Shown here piece after piece: positions 49,490-57,045 of a stretch of 64,000 nt of DNA (position 1 is its first letter; every line of letters begins with the position of its first letter). This stretch comes from an uncultured Acidobacteriota bacterium (GTDB taxonomy: Bacteria; Actinomycetota; Acidimicrobiia; Spongiisociales; ZC4RG35). Below the pieces are notes generated by a model. The model ran no database searches and was not told where the DNA came from. It saw only the letters and a program-made list of their open reading frames with translations. The translations under genes and the position numbers were made by a program. The stretch lies in NCBI GenBank assembly GCA_963828465.1, contig CAWHEU010000020.1, forward strand, positions 32,001 through 96,000, given 5' to 3'.

Positions 49490-50687
49490 GCCCCGTCCCT
49501 CAACCAGACGCCGGCCGAGACCGGCCGCATCGTCTCGGACACGACATCCACCCAGCCACCGACCACCGAGTCGGGATCGACCTCATCGCGCAGGGACCCG
49601 GTGAACCCCGCCATGACCCGCTCGGCGTCGTACTTGGTCCGGTTGAAGCGGTGGTCGACGAAGGCCTGAACCCGTCTCCGCAATGGGTTGAACAACGCGG
49701 CTGCGGCCAGGGTGGCGGCAGCAACGGCTAGCGGTGACTCCGAATCGAGGAGGGAGGTCAGCCCGGTCAGCCCGATTGCGTAGACCGAGGCGAGGACAGC
49801 GATGACGATGGCATAAGACACTGTGCGGGAGATGATCCGATTGATTTCATAGAGGCGGTAGCGGAGGATGGCGAGCGTGGCGGCGATCGGGATGGCGAGG
49901 ATCGACAACGAGATCCAAGCGTCGACCAGGAATGGTGGCTCGAAAGTGCCAAGTGCCTCGAGGACTATCTCGGCACCAAGGGCCGCCACGAAGGAGGCGC
50001 ATGCAAAGAGGAACCACTTCAATTGGAGTCGCTCGATGGTCCCGGCCTTCCGGTACCGCATGAAGAGCGACAGGACCGCTCCGCCCATGAACACCGGGTA
50101 CAAGGCGAAGAGGGGTCCACCCAGCCAGCCGAACTCTGGGTTGGGCACTCCGGGGATGCCAATCGGGTTGGCGGCCCAAACCGCACAGCCACCCGCACCG
50201 GAGGTATCGATACAGAGCTGCTCGGTGAAGATGTAGGTGAAAAAGGTCACTGCCAAGAGTCCGAATCCGACCCACTGCAGCCACAACCAGCGTCTGCTCG
50301 GGACATGCCCCGTTGGGAACCACAAGACCAGGGTTCCGATCAGAACGATCCAACCAAGCCAGAGGGCACCACCAATAGCTTCAAAGGCCAGCGAGCCCTG
50401 ATCGGCCAGGCCGCCGGCGATCGCCGCACCGAGGAACATCAGCCCGATGGCAGCTGAAAATCCAACCGACCCGGTTGCCTGCTGCCTTCCACAGGATGAG
50501 ATCGCCGAGGAAGAGGAACAACAGCATCGTCGCCAAGTTCAGGAGGGTGTCTGCAATCCCAGGTGGCCTCCCACCAGCCCACAAGCCTGCCCACTACCAG
50601 CGCGGCCAGCGACACCACGCTGACGATCGCCACGACGAGCGCGGCCGTCTTGTCGGCGCCCCTGACCGGCACCTCTCCATCCCTCAT
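49486..50687 (-). CDS. Membrane sensor-like paralog R10 (first gene of the array; two apparent frameshifts near 50575 and 50450)
   Basis: Three consecutive frames join into TM1, GNRVGWIFS and the family body ending TMRPVSAGVWLR. Confidence 0.75.
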
Positions 50688-50695
50688 CAGGGCAC

Positions 50696-50727
50696 AGATT
50701 GGTAGTGAAGCGTTACGTAAGTGAAAC
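50696..50727 (-). promoter_or_regulatory. GTAACG promoter at the head of the receptor array
   Basis: Minus: GTTTCA-cttac-GTAACG-N9-CAATCT-N8-ATG. Confidence 0.55.
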
Positions 50728-50834
50728 GGGCCCCCGGCACGGAACAGCTCGCGATCCGTTCCGGCTTGACGACGAAGTTCTCATAGCCGTAACGATGCGA
50801 ACTACCTTTGCACCGCCGACCCAGGTTCTCCTTC

Positions 50835-53576
50835 ATGCTCGATATCAAGTTGCTCGGCCAACCCGATGTGTCCATATCCGGACGCCCCGTCGTGGTCGAC
50901 ACCCGCAAGGCCATCGCCCTCCTCGCCTACCTGGTGGTGGAGAAATCAGCGAGCAGGGACACGTTGGCCGGCTTGTTCTGGGCCGATGCCTCCCAGGAAC
51001 GGGCTCGGGCGACACTGCGCCGGACCCTGTCAGCCCTGCAGGGGGCAACCGGGACCGAACTCATCGATGCCGACCGAAATCTCATCACGCTCGTAGGCGA
51101 CGTCAGCTCGGACCTCGACATCCTGAAGCGGGAGTTGGAGGCCACAAGCGAGCATGGCCATGACTCCCGCGATGTTTGCGACCGATGCATCCCGCATCTG
51201 CGCCGCGCCACCAGCCTCTATCGGGGCGACTTCCTCGCAGGCTTCTCCGTCAAGGCGTCACCCGAGTTCGACGATTGGGTGAGGAGTGTCGCCGAGTCGA
51301 CCCGGATTCGAATCGGTGAGGCGTTCAACCGGCAGGGAACTGCATTGGCGGCCGCCGGCGAGTACCCCGCAGCAATCAACGCCGTTGCCCAATGGATCGA
51401 GCTCGACCCGCTGCACGAACCGGCACACCGCTTTCTCATGCTGCTCCACGCTTGGGCCGGTGACCGGCCCGGCGCCATCGAGGCATATCGCAACTGCGTG
51501 ACCATTCTCGACCAGGAGCTCGGGGTTGCCCCTCTCGAGGAGACGACCGAGCTCTACGAGGCCATCCTCGACGAAGACCTCCCGCCTGCCCCGGGCGCTC
51601 CGCGAAGGGTTAAGGCCGAGATCGCGACTCGACGTCAGCCACGGCCTGACTTGATCGATCGGGAGGCCGAGCTCGTCCAACTGCAGGAGGCGCTGGGCAG
51701 CACCTCGAGCGGAAGCGGGCTCGTCTTCGCCCTGACCGGAGCCCCGTGGATGGGGAAGACACGTCTTCTGGAGGAGCTGGCCTCGATCGCATCCACAGAC
51801 CGGGATGTCCTGATCGGCCGCGCTTTCCGAATGGAGCAGACTCTGCCGTACGGGGTCGCCGCCCAGGTCCTTGGCGGTGCATCCGCCCGAATCGATGCCC
51901 TGCGGGACGAGCTCCCGGAATGGGCCATGAATGAGCTCGGCAGGCTCTCGCCCGGATTCGCCCCGGCTGCCGGCGAGACGACTCACGACCGATTCGGCGA
52001 ACTGCGGCTGCTCGAGGGGATCCAAACGGTGATGTCCGTCCTGGCCCGAGAACGTCCGATGTTGATCATCCTGGACGACGCGCAGTGGATGGATACGTCA
52101 TCCGCAGCCCTCTTCTCCTACCTGGCACGTCGCATCTCGGAGATGCCGGTGGTCATGGTGGTGGCGGCCAGGGCGGAGGACGATCTCCTCCCGGCCGTCG
52201 CCGAGATGATGGCTGCGGCGGATCAGTCGGCTGCCATGCGCCCGCTCACCCTCCAGCACTTGCTCCCGCTGGTGGGCGGTGACGAGAACGCGGCAAGGCG
52301 GCTCCGGGAGAAGACCGGAGGTGTCCCGCTTCTCGTCAACGAGGCCCTCGCCAACGATGTCGACACGCTGCCCGCCACCCCCGGCATGGCGCGATACATG
52401 GAGGCGCGGCTCCTGGAGATCGACGATCTGGGCCGGCAGATCCTCACGGCGGCGGCGGCGCTCAACGGCATCTGTGACGCGACCCTCCTCAGAGAGACGA
52501 GCGGGCGAAGTGAGGAAGAAGTGGTGGAGGCCGTCGAGGAGCTCGTCGCCGCCGGACTACTGAGGGAGATCCCCGAATCAGAAGGTCTCAGCTTCACGCT
52601 CGATGCGCTCGAACGGGTCACCTACGAAACGACCTCCATGGTCCGGCGCCGTCTGCTCCATCGTCGTGCCGCCCGTGCCCTGGCCGAACGGGGGTATTCC
52701 CGATCCGATGCCCGGCTCGCCGCGGCCGTCGCCGGGCAGTATCGAGCGGCGGGCGATCCCGAGGCGGCGGCCTGGTACCACCTTGCCGGGGATTTGGCCC
52801 AGTCGATGTTCGCCAACGAGTCCGCTGTCCAGTTCTACGAAACCGCTCTCGCGTTGGATGACCCCGACATCTCCGGTGCCCGACTCGCTCTCGGAGAGCT
52901 GGCCATGGCCGGCGGAGATTACGACCGGGCCCGACGCGAGCTGACCCTGGCCTCGTCAAATGCCGGCCCGGATTCCATCGGTGTCATCGAGCATCGGACC
53001 GGTGAGGTCGAGCGTCTGCTCGGCCGGTTCGAAGACGCCGAAGAGCATTTCCAGCGATCCATCGAGAATCATCCGGCTCCGGCGGCCGTGCTCGCCGACT
53101 GGGCGCTCCTGGCGTACCGAACTGGAGATGGGGCGAAGGCGGTGACCCTGGCCGGCCGTGCCAGAGATGCCGCCGAGCGGGAAGACGATCCTGCCCAGAT
53201 GTCCCGGGTCCGCAACATCCTCGCCGTGGTGACGTCCGATCACGACGAGGCGTTGGAGCATGTCGAGGAGGCGATGCGTCTCGCTCGTGACGACGATCTG
53301 CTCCGCATGGCCGCCCTGAACAACAAGGCGCTGTTGCTATCCGACAACGGGGAGACCGGTCGTTCGATCGAGCTCGTCGAAGAGGCCATCGCCATCGCGG
53401 AGCGGACCGGGCACCGTCATCGGGAGGCCGCGCTCTGGAACCACATGGCCGATCTCCATCATCGCGCCGGCCGGGAGAACGATGCGCGTCAATCTCTCAC
53501 CACCGCCGTCTCACTCTTCGCCGATATCGACTCGGGCGACCTGGAGCCCGAGTTGTGGCTCCTCTCCCGTTGGTGA
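50835..53576 (+). CDS. SARP/AfsR-like regulator: wHTH-BTAD-AAA ATPase-TPR
   Basis: IKLLG..KAIALLAYL..LAGLFW; LYRGDFL..FDDW; DPLHEPAHR; LDQELGVAP; GAPWMGKT; ILDDAQWMD; TPR tail. Confidence 0.92.
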   Translation: MLDIKLLGQPDVSISGRPVVVDTRKAIALLAYLVVEKSASRDTLAGLFWADASQERARATLRRTLSALQGATGTELIDADRNLITLVGDVSSDLDILKRELEATSEHGHDSRDVCDRCIPHLRRATSLYRGDFLAGFSVKASPEFDDWVRSVAESTRIRIGEAFNRQGTALAAAGEYPAAINAVAQWIELDPLHEPAHRFLMLLHAWAGDRPGAIEAYRNCVTILDQELGVAPLEETTELYEAILDEDLPPAPGAPRRVKAEIATRRQPRPDLIDREAELVQLQEALGSTSSGSGLVFALTGAPWMGKTRLLEELASIASTDRDVLIGRAFRMEQTLPYGVAAQVLGGASARIDALRDELPEWAMNELGRLSPGFAPAAGETTHDRFGELRLLEGIQTVMSVLARERPMLIILDDAQWMDTSSAALFSYLARRISEMPVVMVVAARAEDDLLPAVAEMMAAADQSAAMRPLTLQHLLPLVGGDENAARRLREKTGGVPLLVNEALANDVDTLPATPGMARYMEARLLEIDDLGRQILTAAAALNGICDATLLRETSGRSEEEVVEAVEELVAAGLLREIPESEGLSFTLDALERVTYETTSMVRRRLLHRRAARALAERGYSRSDARLAAAVAGQYRAAGDPEAAAWYHLAGDLAQSMFANESAVQFYETALALDDPDISGARLALGELAMAGGDYDRARRELTLASSNAGPDSIGVIEHRTGEVERLLGRFEDAEEHFQRSIENHPAPAAVLADWALLAYRTGDGAKAVTLAGRARDAAEREDDPAQMSRVRNILAVVTSDHDEALEHVEEAMRLARDDDLLRMAALNNKALLLSDNGETGRSIELVEEAIAIAERTGHRHREAALWNHMADLHHRAGRENDARQSLTTAVSLFADIDSGDLEPELWLLSRW

Positions 53577-53580
53577 GCCC

Positions 53581-53612
53581 GTAACGCTGCCGTACCGCAC
53601 CACCGAAAGTAT
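53581..53612 (+). promoter_or_regulatory. GTAACG direct-repeat promoter of the cupredoxin lipoprotein
   Basis: GTAACG-ctgcc-GTACCG-N9-AAGTAT immediately after the SARP stop. Confidence 0.6.
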
Positions 53613-53637
53613 CCAGGCAAACGACTGAAGGAGAGTC

Positions 53638-54405
53638 ATGGGGAGAGCAACACCGCGTAAGTCTTGGATCCTGATGGTGCCGGCCTTGGTCTTGGCGGCC
53701 TGCAGCGGAGGCCCGTCCGCCGACGTATCTGCCTTCTGTGATTCAGTTGTGAATGTGGAGGCACTGCTGTCGAGCGAACCCGATGATTCGGCAGCCTGGG
53801 CAGAGGAGGCCACTACCGCCCTGACTGCCCTCCAGGAGGACGCCCCCGACGAAGTCTCCGGAGCCGTTGGGACCATCACGGATGCCCTGATCCCCGCCAT
53901 CGAGTCCGGTGACGAGGAGCAGTTCTTCGCCGCATTCGAAAGCGAGGAAGTCGGCGAGGCCTCAGAGGTGGTCGACTCTTACATGGTTGATGAGTGCGGC
54001 TGGGAGGTCACCCCGGTCACCGCCAGGGAGTACGAGTTCGAGGGCGATCTTGACGGGCTCGAGGCAGGCATGAACGGCCTCGGGTTCGAGAACGGCGGGA
54101 CCGAGTTGCACGAAATGGTCCTGTTCCGCATCAACGACGACGCCACCGAGAGCATCGACGAGCTGCTCGCCCTCCCCGAGGAGGAGGCACAGGGGAAGGT
54201 GACAGATGCCGGAGGCGCCTTCGGATTCCCGGGGGACACCGACACAGTGTTCGTCGATCTCGACCCCGGTCGCTACGCCATCGTGTGCTTCCTGCCTATG
54301 GGCGCCACTCCCGACAACATGGAGGCTCTCGAGTCCGGGGAGTTCGACGATGCACCGCCACATTTCACGCAGGGAATGTTCCGGGAGTTCACCGTCGAGG
54401 GTTGA
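53638..54405 (+). CDS. Lipoprotein with C-terminal cupredoxin-like (type-1 copper) domain
   Basis: Lipobox LAAC; HEMVL...GRYAIVCFLP...PHFTQGM gives His/Cys/His/Met ligands. Confidence 0.75.
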   Translation: MGRATPRKSWILMVPALVLAACSGGPSADVSAFCDSVVNVEALLSSEPDDSAAWAEEATTALTALQEDAPDEVSGAVGTITDALIPAIESGDEEQFFAAFESEEVGEASEVVDSYMVDECGWEVTPVTAREYEFEGDLDGLEAGMNGLGFENGGTELHEMVLFRINDDATESIDELLALPEEEAQGKVTDAGGAFGFPGDTDTVFVDLDPGRYAIVCFLPMGATPDNMEALESGEFDDAPPHFTQGMFREFTVEG

Positions 54406-54420
54406 AAGACGACATTCCTG

Positions 54421-54454
54421 ATGCAGGGCGTCACGCATCCGTGACGCCCTGCAT
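54421..54454. terminator. Perfect 15-bp hairpin
   Basis: ATGCAGGGCGTCACG-catc-CGTGACGCCCTGCAT just after the lipoprotein stop. Confidence 0.6.
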
Positions 54455-54520
54455 TCTGTTCGATCGACCCACCCGTGCTACCTCAAGAAAACGGCGGGCA
54501 CTGCCGAAGTATCCGGCACG

Positions 54521-54793
54521 ATGACAGTCTCCACCATCACATCACTCGACGAGTGGGCGGCGCATCCCTATGGCAAGGCGGCCCGGATCGCCCTCGCCGT
54601 CCTCGGTCTGGAGTCGGCAGTCCTGGTCCTCCTGGTGGCCACACTGCAAAGCCAGGCGGCTTGGCTCCTCGTACTTCTCGGTGTGGCACTTGCCGCCACA
54701 ACGGTGCGAGCCGCGTCGAAGCCGAGCGTCATCCGGCTCACCTCTCTTGGAGCGGTGATGGTCTCAGTCCTCTACGTGGGACAGACGTTCTAA
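54521..54793 (+). CDS. Small membrane protein (about 3 TM)
   Basis: 90-aa hydrophobic ORF followed by a terminator-like hairpin. Confidence 0.6.
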   Translation: MTVSTITSLDEWAAHPYGKAARIALAVLGLESAVLVLLVATLQSQAAWLLVLLGVALAATTVRAASKPSVIRLTSLGAVMVSVLYVGQTF

Positions 54794-54836
54794 AGGTCTT
54801 AGCGAAGGGCCACAAAGGCCCCGGCGCCCTGCGCAC

Positions 54837-54870
54837 ACGGCCACCGGCTAACGGTGGCCGTTGTGTTTTC
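54837..54870 (+). terminator. Intrinsic terminator
   Basis: ACGGCCACCG-gctaa-CGGTGGCCGT then TGTGTTTT. Confidence 0.65.
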
Positions 54871-54910
54871 CAAAACGTTCGGACCGCATTTCACGCAGCC
54901 GTCGACATAC

Positions 54911-54928
54911 ATGGGGGTAATCCCCTAT
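54911..54928. promoter_or_regulatory. Putative NarL-type response-regulator box 1
   Basis: ATGGGGG-TAAT-CCCCTAT; near-identical to the box at 56882. Confidence 0.5.
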
Positions 54929-54959
54929 TGGCTTTTCCACAGGGTTCGACATGATTGTG

Positions 54960-55041
54960 GTGCGGGTACTTCAGGGCATCACTCCGTCCCTTGAAGCGAC
55001 AATGGGGACCATCGGGGGACTGCGGAAGCAGTCCCCCTTTG
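54960..55041 (+). ncRNA. Candidate small RNA 1
   Basis: Box, then CATGAT -10 (54950); CTTCAGGG/CCCTTGAAG hairpin; terminator GGGGGACTGC-ggaa-GCAGTCCCCC-TTT. Confidence 0.35.
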
Positions 55042-55118
55042 ATTGCGAAAAGAACGCCATCCAACTCTCACCACTCCCAAGGACCAACCCGCCTCCCGCC
55101 CCGCTAGCTTCCGGGGAA

Positions 55119-56231
55119 ATGAGCAGTTTCACGAAGCGAGGCAGCGCCGACCTCGAAGGGACCCTCCGACGGATGGTCGTCGTCTTCCGCTTCCTCGGCC
55201 TGATCTGGATGCTGATCCTGGTCGCGGTGACCGTGTTGGCAGATCCGCCACCGGAGATGTGGATCGTTTGGGCTTCGGTCGGTCTCGCCGTCTTCTGGAC
55301 TTTCCTCACCTGGCTCGTGGCCAGGACCCAGCCCAACTTCATGGCCGGGTGGTGGTGGTTCACCTTGGACGCCTTGGCCATGCTGGCGATTGGTGCGGCA
55401 TCAGTTGCTTCGGGAGCGGACGAGCTCTTCCACGGCGGTCTGCCCCTGTCACTGGTCTTCACCGGGGCATTGCTCGGGGGCCTGCCCGGATCTCTCATAG
55501 CCGCCGTTCTCTTGGGCGTGGAGCAATTCCTGGTCCATGTCATCGCCGACCTCGGCGCGGTTCGGGCCGCTGGCAGCGTCATCTTCTTCGTGGTCGGGGC
55601 AATCGTCGGCTGGACGTTCGACAAACTCCGCGATTACGACCTCGCCCGCCAGGCGGCACAAGACGAGCTAGCCGCCGAGCAGGCTGCGGTCGTGCTCCAC
55701 GAGGAGCGGGCCGCCCTGGCCGACCGTCTGCACGACTCGGTGCTCCAGACTCTCCACGCCATCCGAATGGGTGCCGATGATCCGGGCCAGTCCCGATATC
55801 TGGCGAGACGTCAGGAACGAGAGCTCCGGCGAAACATCGAAGAGTGGCGGTCCGAATACCGGGACAGCTTCCGAGCCGCCCTGCTCGCCGTGAGAGATGA
55901 GGTGGAGGACACCCATCGGGTGGAGATCGAGGCCGTCATCCGCGACGATGCGCCGATCGACCCCAACCTGACCGCTGCGATCGAGGCCGCCCGCGAGGCA
56001 ATGGCCAATGCGGCGAAGCACTCCGGTTCGCCCGCCATCACCCTCTACTCCGAGTTTGCCAATGGGGAAGCCCACATCCACGTTCGCGACAGTGGCACCG
56101 GGTTCGCCGATGATGCCCAGCGAAACCGGGTGCATGAGCGTCTCGCCCGGCGGGTCGAGAACGTCGGTGGGCTGGTCGAGATCGACAGCGCCGAGACCGG
56201 CACCGAAGTGAAAATCACGGTCGAGAAATGA
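55119..56231 (+). CDS. Membrane sensor histidine kinase (NarX/HisKA_3 class)
   Basis: Several TM helices; ERAALADRLHDSVLQTL H-box; EAMANAAKHS; DSGTGF. Confidence 0.88.
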   Translation: MSSFTKRGSADLEGTLRRMVVVFRFLGLIWMLILVAVTVLADPPPEMWIVWASVGLAVFWTFLTWLVARTQPNFMAGWWWFTLDALAMLAIGAASVASGADELFHGGLPLSLVFTGALLGGLPGSLIAAVLLGVEQFLVHVIADLGAVRAAGSVIFFVVGAIVGWTFDKLRDYDLARQAAQDELAAEQAAVVLHEERAALADRLHDSVLQTLHAIRMGADDPGQSRYLARRQERELRRNIEEWRSEYRDSFRAALLAVRDEVEDTHRVEIEAVIRDDAPIDPNLTAAIEAAREAMANAAKHSGSPAITLYSEFANGEAHIHVRDSGTGFADDAQRNRVHERLARRVENVGGLVEIDSAETGTEVKITVEK

Positions 56232-56878
56232 CAGACCGCCTCCGGCTGATCATCGTCGACGATCACGATGTCGTTAGGGCCGGGATGCGGGCGATCCTCG
56301 AGCCGTCTTTCGACATCGTCGGCGAGGCCGACAACGTGGACAGCGCCATCGAGTTGATCAAGGAACGGCTCCCGGACCTCGTCGTACTCGACGTCAAGCT
56401 GCCCGGGGGCGGGGGTGCGGCGGTGATCCCGGCGGTGCGAAGAGACTTTCCGGACATTCGATTCATGGCCCTCACCGTGTCGACTTCGAAAGAAGACGTG
56501 GCGCGGCTCCTCGACGCCGGAGTCGACGGCTACATCACCAAGACCACACTCGGGGCGGATCTTCCTGACCTGGTTCGCCAGACGTACGTCGGAGCTCGGC
56601 CGGTTTCTCCGGACGTGGCCGCCTATCTCCTCGATATCGACGAAGACATCACCGGGGAGACTCCGATCTCCCGCCTCACCCCGAGGGAGCGTGAAGTGGT
56701 CAATCTCATCGCCCGCGGGTACACCTACCGGGAGAGCGCCGAGCGGCTGGGGATCACGGTCAAGACCCTCGAGAACCACATGGCGCACATCTTCGACAAG
56801 CTGAGCGTCGCGAGCCGTCACGAGCTCACCGCCCTGGCCTACGAGGAGGGTTATGTCCGACCCGACGACGAGAGGTGA
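56228..56878 (+). CDS. NarL/LuxR-family response regulator
   Basis: IVDDH, VLDVKLP, GYITK, LTPREREV..HIFDKL. Confidence 0.95.
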   Translation: MTDRLRLIIVDDHDVVRAGMRAILEPSFDIVGEADNVDSAIELIKERLPDLVVLDVKLPGGGGAAVIPAVRRDFPDIRFMALTVSTSKEDVARLLDAGVDGYITKTTLGADLPDLVRQTYVGARPVSPDVAAYLLDIDEDITGETPISRLTPREREVVNLIARGYTYRESAERLGITVKTLENHMAHIFDKLSVASRHELTALAYEEGYVRPDDER

Positions 56879-56881
56879 CGA

Positions 56882-56899
56882 ATAGGGGGAATTCCCCAT
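56882..56899. promoter_or_regulatory. Putative NarL-type response-regulator box 2
   Basis: ATAGGGG-GAAT-TCCCCAT. Confidence 0.5.
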
Positions 56900-56931
56900 T
56901 CCCGACTCGTCGAATCGGATGTAGAAATACA

Positions 56932-57042
56932 GTGGGTGGGCAAGGGACCTTCCTCCCGGAGCCACATCCCTGAGGGGGGAGGAGACAACCGAAAAGGCTT
57001 CGCATGAAGCCAGCAAGCCCCCGTCGCAAGACGGGGGCTTTT
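56932..57042 (+). ncRNA. Candidate small RNA 2
   Basis: Box, then TAGAAA -10 (56922); three hairpins, several GGA motifs, ends in a strong terminator. Confidence 0.35.
57015..57042. terminator. Intrinsic terminator, likely bidirectional
   Basis: AAGCCCCCGTC-gcaa-GACGGGGGCTT-TT between convergent units. Confidence 0.8.
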
Positions 57043-57045
57043 GCG

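Noticed and set aside
41603-50687. Recurring ~1.1-kb-period sequence as CRISPR array, integron cassettes, shufflon or DGR
   Set aside because: The repeats are degenerate coding 3' ends. There are no identical short repeats with spacers, genes overlap so there is no room for attC sites, and no integrase, recombinase or reverse transcriptase is in the window.
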